Positions 1-8,954 of a DNA stretch of 64,000 nt are shown piece by piece. Position 1 is the stretch's first letter; each line of letters begins with the position of its first letter. Source of the stretch: Selenomonadaceae bacterium (GTDB lineage Bacteria > Bacillota > Negativicutes > Selenomonadales > Selenomonadaceae); the NCBI GenBank assembly GCA_024698045.1, contig JAILRS010000033.1, positions 1,159-65,158 of the forward strand, read 5' to 3'. The position numbers and the translations under genes were made by a program. The notes beneath the pieces were generated by a model that saw only the letters and a program-made list of their open reading frames with translations, searched no databases and was not told where the DNA came from.

Positions 1-1131
1 AGAGATATCGGATTGTAATTCGGTTGCCAATCTGCGCCGTTCATATCCCACAGCACGATATCAGCCTTGCAACCTATTTCGAGTCGCCCGACATTTTCCA
101 AACCGATTGCCTTCGCTCCGAATTCTGTTGCCATTTGAACAGCCTGCGCGGCGGGAACCGTCAACGGATTTAGTGTAGCTACTTTTGCCAGAAGAGTCGC
201 CAACCGTATTTCTTCCAACATATCCAAATTATTATTGCTTGAAGTGCCGTCCGTACCCAAAGCAACAGTCACACCTTCGGCAAGCAATTTCGATACGGGC
301 GCGATACCGCTCGCCAATTTCATATTACTTCCGGGATTATGCGCCACGCGTATTTTTTTTGCCTTGATAATTTCAATTTCACTATCGCTCAGCCAAACAC
401 AATGTGCCGCCAAAGTTCCCGTATCAAATAAACCGGTCTCTGCCACGACTTCAAAGGGTCGCTTACCGTAATTCTTTATGCTATCGTTAATTTCAGTCTG
501 CGTTTCGTTCATATGCATATGAATTTCCGCGCCTAACTTTCCTGCCTGCGCGGCAACTTTCTTCAAGTATTCGGGCGGACAAGTATAAATTGCGTGCGGA
601 GCAAACATAACGGTAATTCTTCCGTCTGCCGCTCCGTGATAATTTTTGTACAGCTCCACATTTTCGGCAAGTTTTTCGTCGCCGTTAACGAAACTGATTA
701 AGCCGCGCGATAAAGATCCGCGCATGCCCGATTCGTCGACAACCTTCGCAACTTCATCCATACAAGGGCCATACATATCGGCGAATGCGGTTGTACCGCC
801 GCGAATCATTTCGACTGCCGCCAATGCCGCGCCCCAATAAATATCTTTACGTGTCATCTTCGCCTCGATAGGCCAGATATCTTTTTCCAACCAATCCATC
901 AAAGCTTTATCATCGGAATAACTGCGCAGTAAAGTCATCGAGGCATGAGTATGAGCATTAATCAATCCGGGTGTCGCAAATTTTCCGCGCCCATCGATTA
1001 CATTTTCGCCCGTGACTTCGCCGACTCCGATTGCCGAAATTTTATCGCCGTTCACATGAATATTTCCGGTCTTCACTTCGCCGCCGGCCGTTAACATTTG
1101 CACATTGGTTATTACAAAATTATCCGTCATA
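1..1131 (-). CDS. mtaD: 5-methylthioadenosine/S-adenosylhomocysteine deaminase-type amidohydrolase; the C-terminus runs off the left window edge
   Basis: Absent from the ORF track because no stop lies in the window. My minus-strand translation from ATG at 1131..1129 gives MTDNFVITNVQMLTAGGEVKTGNIHVNGDKISAIG...PGLINAHTHASMTLLRSYSDD...HMHMNETQTEI...ALGTDGTSSNNNLDMLEE. These are the HxH and DG..SNN motifs of the MtaD/TrzA amidohydrolase subfamily. It lies next to ahcY. Confidence 0.85.
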
Positions 1132-1197
1132 AAAATTGACGCGACATAACTTCCCGATATCGGAAGACAGTCGCGCCCGTCACTTCCTTTCTGTATA

Positions 1198-2436
1198 TCA
1201 GATGCCCAGATATTTACGCTGTTCTTCGGTTAACGTGTCGATTGTCACGCCGATTGATTCCAATTTTATTTCTGCGATTTTCGTGTTGATTTCGTTAGGC
1301 ATGTAGTAAACTTTGTTTTCCATCGTCTTGTGATTGTGGAGAATGTGCGCCATGCTGAAAAATTGTACGGCAAAACTCAAGTCCATAATTTCCGCGGGAT
1401 GACCGTCGCCCGAAGCCAAATTAACTAATCTGCCTTCCGCCAACAGATAAATTTTCCGTCCGTCGTGCTGTAAAAATTCCTCGACGTTATTGCGGACAAA
1501 TCTCCTCGTCAACGATTGCGAATCCAATTCGGGAATATTAATCTCTACATCAAAATGTCCCGCGTTCGCCAACATTACGCCGTCTTTCATCAACGGATAA
1601 TGTTCGCCGTTGATAACATCTTTATCGCCCGTCAAAGTCAAAAAGATATCGCCCAAAGGTGCGGCGTCTTTCATCGTCATGACGCGGAACCCGTCAAAGA
1701 CAGCCTCGATTGCCTTGATGGGATCCACTTCGGTTATGATGACATTGGCACCCAAACCGCGCGCACGCATCGCGCCGCCCTTGCCACACCAACCGTAACC
1801 GGCTATAACAACGGTTTTTCCTGCCACAACAAGATTTGTCGTGCGCATGATTCCATCCCAAGTCGATTGTCCCGTACCGTAGCGATTATCAAACAAGAAT
1901 TTACAATAAGCGTCATTAGCGGCAATCATCGGGCAAGCAAGTTCCTTACGACGTTCGAGGGCACGAAGACGCAAAACACCCGTAGTAGTTTCTTCAGAAC
2001 CGCCGATAATATTTTTCAGAGCGTCACGACGTGTAGTATGTATCAAGTCGGTAAAATCGCCGCCGTCATCGATGAAAAGATCCGGCGCATAATCCGCCGC
2101 CTTGTTTAAGTAATCGTTATATTCCTTGTCGGTGCAACCGTGAGTAGCCAAAACCGTCACACCGTCCTCGGCCAATGCCGCCGCTACATCATCCTGCGTT
2201 GACAGCGGATTCGAGCCCGTTATTACCACATTCGCCCCTGCATGCATGAATACTTCCGCCATATATGCAGTCTTTGCTTCCAAGTGTAAAGTTATGGAAA
2301 TAGTTTTGCCTGCGAACGGTTTTGACTGCGAAAATTCTCTGTCGATTGCGCTCATTACGGGCATGAAATTTTTTACCCACTCGATTTTATCATGTCCCGA
2401 AGGCGCAAGCTTGATGTCCCTTACGATTGATTTCAT
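1198..2436 (-). CDS. ahcY: adenosylhomocysteinase (S-adenosyl-L-homocysteine hydrolase)
   Basis: 412 aa ORF with the short-form SAHH layout: IEWVKNFMPV, GSNPLSTQDDVAAAL, GYGWCGKG NAD-binding motif, DVEI...L near the C-terminus. Confidence 0.95.
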   Translation of the reverse strand: MKSIVRDIKLAPSGHDKIEWVKNFMPVMSAIDREFSQSKPFAGKTISITLHLEAKTAYMAEVFMHAGANVVITGSNPLSTQDDVAAALAEDGVTVLATHGCTDKEYNDYLNKAADYAPDLFIDDGGDFTDLIHTTRRDALKNIIGGSEETTTGVLRLRALERRKELACPMIAANDAYCKFLFDNRYGTGQSTWDGIMRTTNLVVAGKTVVIAGYGWCGKGGAMRARGLGANVIITEVDPIKAIEAVFDGFRVMTMKDAAPLGDIFLTLTGDKDVINGEHYPLMKDGVMLANAGHFDVEINIPELDSQSLTRRFVRNNVEEFLQHDGRKIYLLAEGRLVNLASGDGHPAEIMDLSFAVQFFSMAHILHNHKTMENKVYYMPNEINTKIAEIKLESIGVTIDTLTEEQRKYLGI

Positions 2437-2521
2437 TGTAAATCCTCCCGAAGATTTTTTTAGACTTAATTATAATTTAAGTTGCAAATTCTTTCAATGC
2501 ACCGCGACAATATCGTTACGC

Positions 2522-2550
2522 TTGACTGCAGAAATAAAATTTGTTAAATT
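2522..2550 (+). promoter_or_regulatory. sigma-70-type promoter for the small ORF at 2569
   Basis: TTGACT (2522-2527), 17 nt spacer, TAAATT (2545-2550), with TG one base upstream (extended -10). Confidence 0.5.
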
Positions 2551-2568
2551 TCGCCTGAGGTGATTGTT

Positions 2569-2736
2569 ATGGGTAAACTTAGTTCAAGTATGGCTGAAAA
2601 ACTCAAGAACATGGCTCGCGGTTTGCAGGACGAAGACAATTCCGACGGCATAAGAGGTGTCGCGAAAAAAATCAAGCAGTCGCAATCCGGTAGGAAAAAC
2701 GTTTCCGATAGAAAAGAATCCGGTCGTAAAGACTGA
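2569..2736 (+). CDS. small hydrophilic protein, 55 aa, unknown function
   Basis: Below the 60 aa track cutoff. ATG is 7 nt after GAGGTGA. Translation is MGKLSSSMAEKLKNMARGLQDEDNSDGIRGVAKKIKQSQSGRKNVSDRKESGRKD. It has its own promoter upstream and a 10 bp hairpin plus T-run downstream. Confidence 0.55.
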   Translation: MGKLSSSMAEKLKNMARGLQDEDNSDGIRGVAKKIKQSQSGRKNVSDRKESGRKD

Positions 2737-2746
2737 AAATTTTTCG

Positions 2747-2779
2747 GCGGTCTCCGTTATTTCGGAGGCTGCTTTTTTT
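2747..2779 (+). terminator. Rho-independent terminator
   Basis: GCGGTCTCCG ttattt CGGAGGCTGC (10 bp including 2 G-U pairs) followed by TTTTTTT. Confidence 0.6.
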
Positions 2780-2920
2780 ATCAAAGGTGTTAATCCGAAC
2801 ACTTTGCATGGAAATTTTGTCGATGTGCAATCTGTGGTATTCTTTAATACAAAATTCATTCTCTACTGTTATATTGAATGTGGTTGTATTTATCAAAAAA
2901 TTTCGGCGGTGATTTTATTA

Positions 2921-3721
2921 ATGGTTGTGGAAATTATCAGTGTAGGTACAGAAATTTTGATGGGCAATATCGTCAATACGAATGCGCAGTATCTTGCGAA
3001 GAAGTTGGCACATTTGGGGCTTGATTGTCATTTTCAGACGGTAGTCGGCGATAATCCCGAAAGAATAAAATCCGCGCTTGATGTTGCCTATTCTCGTGCG
3101 GATGCCGTAATCATGACCGGCGGTCTGGGACCTACGAAAGATGATTTGACGAAAGAAATGTTAATGAAGTATTTCGGCAAGACTCCCGTTGTCGATGAAA
3201 AAGTTTTGAGTTTTCTCGAGGAGCATGTAAAAAAACGCGGCTTTGAAAAATTATCCGACGGTATGCGTAAACAGGCAATAGTCCCCGCCGATTCGATTAT
3301 CCTCTACAATCACAACGGAACTGCGCCCGGTTGTATCATGGAGCGCGACGGAAAAATTTGTATCCTTCTGCCGGGTCCTCCGCACGAAATGAAACCGATG
3401 TTTGAAGAATGTTGCAAAGTTTATCTCAACGGTAAGAGCGATAAAGTTTTCGTGTCGGTGATAATAAAATGTTTGAGCAAAGACGAGGCACCGATAACGA
3501 TGGTGGGCGAAGCTCCGATAGCCGACAGGTTAGACGAATTGACCGATGGAGTTAATCCGACGGTAGCAACTTACGCAAAGCAGGACGGTTGTCTTGTTCG
3601 CATAACCGCGTCCGCAAAAAATCACAGTGACGCCATGAGGCTTTTAACTCCCGTCGTGAATGAATGCCGCAAACGTATCGGCAAAGGATATATCAGTTAC
3701 ATTGAGGAAGATATAAACTGA
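2921..3721 (+). CDS. cinA: CinA-like competence/damage-inducible protein, molybdopterin-binding (MoCF) domain only
   Basis: Track ORF 2657..3721. Homology starts at internal ATG 2921 (MVVEIISVGTEILMGNIVNTNAQYLAKKL...GGLGPTKDDLTKE). At ~267 aa there is no C-terminal PncC deamidase domain. Confidence 0.85.
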   Translation: MVVEIISVGTEILMGNIVNTNAQYLAKKLAHLGLDCHFQTVVGDNPERIKSALDVAYSRADAVIMTGGLGPTKDDLTKEMLMKYFGKTPVVDEKVLSFLEEHVKKRGFEKLSDGMRKQAIVPADSIILYNHNGTAPGCIMERDGKICILLPGPPHEMKPMFEECCKVYLNGKSDKVFVSVIIKCLSKDEAPITMVGEAPIADRLDELTDGVNPTVATYAKQDGCLVRITASAKNHSDAMRLLTPVVNECRKRIGKGYISYIEEDIN

Positions 3722-3736
3722 AGGAGATGAGCAATT

Positions 3737-4708
3737 ATGATTATCGTAACGGGCGGCGCGGGATTTATCGGCAGTAATATTGTCCGCGCCTTGAACGAAC
3801 GAGGACGAACCGATGTTTTGATTGTCGACGATTTGGGCGAAGGTGACAAATATAAAAATTTAATCGGTCTTCGTTTCGTCGACTACTGCCACAAAGACAA
3901 TTTCATGAAGTTGATTAAAGAAAGTACGTTAGGGCAAAACATTACCGCGATTTTCCACGAAGGAGCTTGCTCCGATACAATGCAATATGATGTCAATTTC
4001 ATGATGCGCAGTAATTACGAGTACTCAAAGGAACTCCTGCGCACGTGTATCGCCAAACAAATTACGTTTATTTACGCGTCGAGTGCCTCGGTCTACGGTA
4101 TGGGCAAAAACGGTTTCCGTGAAGAAGAAGCCTGCGAAAATGCATTGAATCCCTACGCCTTTTCCAAATTGATTTTCGATCGTTACGCCAGACAATTTTT
4201 CGCCGCGGCAAAAAGCAAAATCATCGGTCTGCGCTATTTTAATGTCTTCGGTCAACAGGAAAGTCACAAAGGTAAAATGGCGTCGATTTTCTATCAGATG
4301 TATCGCCGAATGAAATTGGGTGGCAGTCCGAAACTTTTCAAAGGTACGGACGGATACGGCGACGGCGAACAGCGACGCGATTTTGTTTACGTCAAGGACG
4401 TTGTAAAAGTAAATCTTTGGTGTCTCGACAATAATCTTGCCAACGGAATTTATAACTGCGGTACGGGTCACGCGCATACTTATAACGAAGTGGCAAAGGC
4501 AATGATTGACGCAATGAATTCCAAAATGAAAACGACTTATTGCGATTTTCCCGACGCGCTTATCGGAAAATATCAGAGTTTCACGGAAGCGGATATGACA
4601 AAACTTTCCGCGGCAGGTTACAAAGAAGGTTTCACGAAATTTAACACGGCGGTCGCCGAATATTGCAAATTCCTCGAGGACGGCGGTTATTACACGTTGG
4701 GGAAATAA
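3737..4708 (+). CDS. hldD: ADP-L-glycero-D-manno-heptose 6-epimerase (LPS core heptose synthesis)
   Basis: MIIVTGGAGFIGSNIVRALNERG...IFHEGACSDT...YASSASVYG...YAFSKL...FRYFNVFG is near-collinear with E. coli HldD/RfaD as I recall it. Confidence 0.92.
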   Translation: MIIVTGGAGFIGSNIVRALNERGRTDVLIVDDLGEGDKYKNLIGLRFVDYCHKDNFMKLIKESTLGQNITAIFHEGACSDTMQYDVNFMMRSNYEYSKELLRTCIAKQITFIYASSASVYGMGKNGFREEEACENALNPYAFSKLIFDRYARQFFAAAKSKIIGLRYFNVFGQQESHKGKMASIFYQMYRRMKLGGSPKLFKGTDGYGDGEQRRDFVYVKDVVKVNLWCLDNNLANGIYNCGTGHAHTYNEVAKAMIDAMNSKMKTTYCDFPDALIGKYQSFTEADMTKLSAAGYKEGFTKFNTAVAEYCKFLEDGGYYTLGK

Positions 4709-4766
4709 TTTGACGACCGAAAGGCGGTGGACGGTTGCGGAAAAATTTTAAGCCGCGCCGATTGTC

Positions 4767-5417
4767 ATGAAAAAATTTTTATCCGCGACTCTGCTTACGA
4801 CAATTTTGTTATCGCCCGTAAATTCTTTTGCCGCTCCGGAAGAAATAATTTTACCTGCGCCGAATTTAACCGACAATCTTTCCGTAATGAAAGCGATAAG
4901 CGAACGTAAAAGCAGTAGGGATTTTGTCGACGGCGATTTATCCGAAGGACAGTTGTCGAAAATATTATGGGCTGCCGACGGGCTTAATCGTCCCGAAAAA
5001 CAAAGACGCGTCACCCCCGCCGGTTTGAGTGTCTATTCGATTGAAATTTACGCCGTCACGCGTCAAGGCATTTATCTTTACGACAACACGAATCATAAAT
5101 TAAATTTGATTGCTGCCGGAGATTATCGCGGTTTGACGACGAAGGGACAGGAATTTGTCGATAAGGCGGCAGTCAATTTGGTTTTCGTCGACAACTTTGA
5201 TGCACAGGACTCGTTAAGCAAAATGCCGCAGAATTTTTATTTGTATAACTATATTCGTGTCGGCACAATGGTTCAAAATGTCGCACTTGCCGCCCAAACA
5301 GAGGGCTTGGGAAATTGTGTACGCGGCTCGATTAACACCGAAGAGTTCGCCAAAGTCGCCAAAATCCCCGACTCAAAAAATATTATCCTTGCGCAGAGTG
5401 TCGGTTTTATAAAATAA
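4767..5417 (+). CDS. nitroreductase-family flavoprotein with an N-terminal Sec-type signal peptide
   Basis: MKKFLSATLLTTILLSPVNSFA|AP signal, then a nitroreductase fold signature (RKSSRDF, LSKILWAADGLNR, GLGNCVRGS). Confidence 0.75.
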   Translation: MKKFLSATLLTTILLSPVNSFAAPEEIILPAPNLTDNLSVMKAISERKSSRDFVDGDLSEGQLSKILWAADGLNRPEKQRRVTPAGLSVYSIEIYAVTRQGIYLYDNTNHKLNLIAAGDYRGLTTKGQEFVDKAAVNLVFVDNFDAQDSLSKMPQNFYLYNYIRVGTMVQNVALAAQTEGLGNCVRGSINTEEFAKVAKIPDSKNIILAQSVGFIK

Positions 5418-5433
5418 TTTTGGAGGTGGTTAC

Positions 5434-6126
5434 GTGTTCATTAAAAAATTTTTTGGTTTAATGTTGCTGGTGGCGTTAATAATTTTGCCGCAAAACGTTT
5501 CTGCGGAGAAAACAGATTGGTTTGACAGGAATTTCAACTTTCATCGCATGAGAAACGTCATAGTTTTCAATGTCGACTTCAATCAGAATTATAATTCGGT
5601 CGACGCGTTAAACATGAGAGACACTTACTACAAGAACGCACGAAAGTTAAAATGCAACATCATCACGGAAGAAGAGGCACGGCGCAGTATCGGTTATCAA
5701 ATCGGAATGGATTTGGAATCAATGGCGCGATCCAATCCGTTGGGCGCAAGACAAGTCATCATGGAGAACGCTTATAACATCGCCGACGGTTGGGTGACGG
5801 CAACTGTTGACACTTGGGAAAATACTTATTACATTGAACCCGAGCGAACTGTTTGGGAGCAAAGACGCGAAACTCGTACCTATTACGACGCATGGGGACA
5901 ACGCCGCGAAGAAGTTTATTACGTGCAAGTGCCGGTTACTTATCCTCCGCGCCGCGTCGACGTTTCCACCATTCAGATGACTTTGCAGCTGTTTGACGCA
6001 AGGAGTGGCGCACAGGTTTTCAGTCGCAAAGATGTTCGCGATCGTGAAGATTATCAGGCACAAAAAGGTATGTACGGCAGAATCACGAATTCATTCTTTG
6101 AGGACGTCGGCAAGAAAATTAAATGA
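5434..6126 (+). CDS. secreted protein of unknown function; paralog of 7219..7926
   Basis: GTG start after GGAGGTGG. Signal peptide ...PQNVSA|EKTDW. Shares AEK(T/S)DW, N(F/Y)NF, ITE(E/D)EA, (V/I)MxNA(Y/W)xIAD, (D/E)TWxN and YYD..G blocks with the 7219 ORF. Confidence 0.75.
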   Translation: MFIKKFFGLMLLVALIILPQNVSAEKTDWFDRNFNFHRMRNVIVFNVDFNQNYNSVDALNMRDTYYKNARKLKCNIITEEEARRSIGYQIGMDLESMARSNPLGARQVIMENAYNIADGWVTATVDTWENTYYIEPERTVWEQRRETRTYYDAWGQRREEVYYVQVPVTYPPRRVDVSTIQMTLQLFDARSGAQVFSRKDVRDREDYQAQKGMYGRITNSFFEDVGKKIK

Positions 6127-6182
6127 TTTATGATACCAATCGGCGGAAAAATTTTTGCCGAAATATAAGGAGGTTTTTTTAT

Positions 6183-7133
6183 ATGGACAAATACTTCAAG
6201 ATTGTTTCTCGCATCGGTATTGCCCTGTTGATGATTTGCGCGGTAATTTTTCCCGGCAAAACATTTGCGGCTGACAATCCCAATTCGGAGGGCATGAAGG
6301 CTTTCCGCGAGGCTTTAACTTCGGATTCCGATTCTCTCGACAGGATTTTCCGTCAAGATATTTACTTCGCCTCTCCGTTTATCATAAGTGAGTTGGAAAT
6401 TTACGGCACAGTCGAAAAAGATGAGTTTATTTCCTACGGCGATTTCTCCATGTGGGTTTACAATGATGACGGTACGCAAAGCGAAAATATCATCCCCTAC
6501 TACATGGTGCAGAACGGCAAAGACATGACGATTTATTTTAAGACCGACAAGAAGTGGCAAAAATTCACGACGCCCAGTCTTGCCGCGGCAGTCATGGATA
6601 TGCTTGCAACACCCACCGAACAGGAAGTCGAAGAAATAATAGCAGATACCAAAGATGTTACGATTTTGCAGGACAACGATTATCGCCGCATAATGCTTAT
6701 CCGTGTTGACGGCAATCGTATTGCCGATTCCTTCAAAAATAAATCCGATGAAAATCCTGCCGACAAAGGTACTGCCACCGACAGTGCATTGCAGGAAAAA
6801 ATTGTTGGTTACATGGATTCGGCTTTGCGCAAGGCAGATGTCTGGTACATGTGGACGATTGATAAACGCGATTGGCATACGGTAGCTATGCAATACAATT
6901 TCTCCGGTATCATTCAGGAAATGGCGCGCGCGGCACTCAACGACCCCGAACAACAATGGCCTGACGAAATAAGCAATATGCTTGAAACAATCGCCTACTA
7001 CAGTGAGATTCGTGCCTACACAACTTATCCGGCAGATCCCAAAGCTAAGAAAAATTTTGTATTGCCTAAAGAAGTTTTGAAGGCGAAACCCGTCGATAGT
7101 TTAAGCGACAGTGTTAAAATAACCGGAAAATAA
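6183..7133 (+). CDS. secreted protein of unknown function
   Basis: Track ORF 6123..7133. Likely start is ATG 6183 (MDKYFKIVSRIGIALLMICAVIFPGKTFA|ADNP), preceded by AAGGAGG. No family recognised. Confidence 0.7.
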   Translation: MDKYFKIVSRIGIALLMICAVIFPGKTFAADNPNSEGMKAFREALTSDSDSLDRIFRQDIYFASPFIISELEIYGTVEKDEFISYGDFSMWVYNDDGTQSENIIPYYMVQNGKDMTIYFKTDKKWQKFTTPSLAAAVMDMLATPTEQEVEEIIADTKDVTILQDNDYRRIMLIRVDGNRIADSFKNKSDENPADKGTATDSALQEKIVGYMDSALRKADVWYMWTIDKRDWHTVAMQYNFSGIIQEMARAALNDPEQQWPDEISNMLETIAYYSEIRAYTTYPADPKAKKNFVLPKEVLKAKPVDSLSDSVKITGK

Positions 7134-7218
7134 TTTCTTACCAATAAATCGAACGAGTCGGGGACTTATTTTCGGTCTCCGATTTTTGTTCACGGAAAAA
7201 TTTTTGAGGTGATTGATT

Positions 7219-7926
7219 ATGTCGGTCAGAAAATTTTTTACCGTGTTGATGATGATTAGCGCGTTGATTGTTTCGCAGACTGTATACGCCGAAAAAAGCG
7301 ATTGGGCTTCTTCAAATTACAATTTCGGCAAGATTAATACCGTGTTGCTTTTGGATGTGACTGTTAATCCCGATTTGGATTACGGCGGCATGATTGGTCT
7401 GCGCGGTTTGCAAAATACTTTCCGAGATCGTTGTCGGCAGGTACTCAATACACATTACAAGGTCATAACCGAAGACGAAGCACTTGTGATTTTAAGTGTG
7501 GAGCTCAACCGGAATTTGGAAAAACTTGCATTGGAAAACGCAATCGAAGCGCGCAAAATTGTTATGAATAACGCTTGGCGTATCGCCGATGCTTTTATCA
7601 TGGGTAATATTGAAACATGGGGCAATAAAAAATATACGCCGTCAAGCAATGTGAATTATGCGGCAGTAATCGAACAGCGCAACTATTACGACGATCGCGG
7701 ACATCTCAACCACGAAAGAGTTCTTATACCGTTGCCGGCGCAATATCTGCCCGAAGATACCGACGTCCCCGCTATCGGTATAATCATGCGTGCTTACGAA
7801 ACAGGAAACGAAACAGTTATCTTTGAACGTTACGAAATGCGTATCCGCAGACCGCAAGAGGCGCAAACGGAAATGTTCGGAGAGATGTGCACACAATTTG
7901 CCGAAAGTTTTATGTCGAAACGTTGA
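7219..7926 (+). CDS. secreted protein of unknown function; paralog of 5434..6126
   Basis: ATG 7219 is 6 nt after GAGGTGA. Signal peptide ...SQTVYA|EKSDW. See the paralog blocks listed for 5434..6126. Confidence 0.75.
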   Translation: MSVRKFFTVLMMISALIVSQTVYAEKSDWASSNYNFGKINTVLLLDVTVNPDLDYGGMIGLRGLQNTFRDRCRQVLNTHYKVITEDEALVILSVELNRNLEKLALENAIEARKIVMNNAWRIADAFIMGNIETWGNKKYTPSSNVNYAAVIEQRNYYDDRGHLNHERVLIPLPAQYLPEDTDVPAIGIIMRAYETGNETVIFERYEMRIRRPQEAQTEMFGEMCTQFAESFMSKR

Positions 7927-7951
7927 CAGAAAATCGAAAGGAAGTGCGGAA

Positions 7952-8473
7952 ATGGAATTGATTGATATCATGAGATCTCGCAGGAGCGTACGCCGTTACA
8001 CCGAGGAAAAAATTTCCGACGAACAACTTAAACAGATAGTAAGCGCGGCATTACTTGCTCCTTCGGGTCATTCAAAATATCCGTGCGAATTTTTAATCGT
8101 GAAGAACCGTGAATTATTGGAAGGCATGTCGAGTTGTCGCAAAGGTGTCGCAAAAATGTTGAGCGGCGCGGCGGCGGCAATCGTGGTTATCGCGGACAGA
8201 GATAAATCGGATACGATAATAGAAGATTCTTCGGTAGCGATGATGAATATGGAATTGATGGCGACGTCATTGGGGATTGGGAATTGTTGGATACAAGTGC
8301 GCGGTCGTGAGGCTGAAGATGATTCGACCAGCGAAAATTATCTGCGCAGTTTGTTAGACTTCCCCGAAAATTTTGCCTGTCAATCGATATTGTCGTTGGG
8401 ATTCCCCGCGAAAGATCCGAAGGTAAGAGAATTAGACAAGTTGGATTTCGACAAGGTCAAAGTCCTCGAATAA
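7952..8473 (+). CDS. nitroreductase-family protein (cytoplasmic)
   Basis: Track ORF 7790..8473 overlaps the previous gene. Homology starts at ATG 7952 (MELIDIMRSRRSVRRYTEEKISDEQLKQIVSAALLAPSG...GIGNCWIQ). Confidence 0.85.
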   Translation: MELIDIMRSRRSVRRYTEEKISDEQLKQIVSAALLAPSGHSKYPCEFLIVKNRELLEGMSSCRKGVAKMLSGAAAAIVVIADRDKSDTIIEDSSVAMMNMELMATSLGIGNCWIQVRGREAEDDSTSENYLRSLLDFPENFACQSILSLGFPAKDPKVRELDKLDFDKVKVLE

Positions 8474-8490
8474 AAAATATCAGTTCAGAT

Positions 8491-8530
8491 AAAAAAAGGA
8501 AGCCACCAATATTAAGCGGCTTCCTTTTTT
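8491..8530. terminator. bidirectional Rho-independent terminator between convergent genes
   Basis: AAAAAAA GGAAGCC (13 nt loop) GGCTTCC TTTTTT. Confidence 0.7.
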
Positions 8531-8560
8531 AGTATCTCAAAAATTTTTATGCGAACAAAA

Positions 8561-8806
8561 TTATTTTGCGACGCCTTCGATTTCGGGCGCGGTCTCATCG
8601 GCCTCATCCGATGCCGCCGCTATCTCGTTCAATGCCTCTACAAGTTTATCCACATCTATTCCGTGCACAAGTGCGCCTTCCTCGATATTTTCAAAACGCG
8701 CCGCCGCACAACCTAAGCAACCCATGCCGGCATACATAAACACCATAGCCGTATCGGGATATTTTTGCACGACTTCGATTATACTCATGTCTTTGGTTAT
8801 CTTCAT
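8561..8806 (-). CDS. DUF1858 / hybrid-cluster-protein-associated redox disulfide domain protein
   Basis: 81 aa: MKITKDMSIIEVVQKYPDTAMVFMYAGMGCLGCAAARFENIEEGALVHGIDVDKLVEALN. The GCxGC motif and length are typical of this small family. Confidence 0.75.
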   Translation of the reverse strand: MKITKDMSIIEVVQKYPDTAMVFMYAGMGCLGCAAARFENIEEGALVHGIDVDKLVEALNEIAAASDEADETAPEIEGVAK

Positions 8807-8954
8807 AAAAAAATTCCTCCTTTGGATTGCCGAAATTATATCATGTGCCCGTCAATCGTCAATGAATTTGCTATGAAAAATTTTTCGGCGTTTAAAGGAA
8901 TTTTTCATTTTAGGTAGAATAGGGGAGAAAACAAATTTAAGGAGCGCGGTAATT

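Noticed and set aside
2657-2920. Upstream extensions of track ORFs: cinA 2657-2920, nitroreductase 7790-7951, proA 45365-45457, the 6123 ORF, NlpC/P60 43990-44046
   Set aside because: The extensions overlap neighbouring genes or terminators and have no family similarity. Internal starts with proper RBSs match the conserved N-termini.
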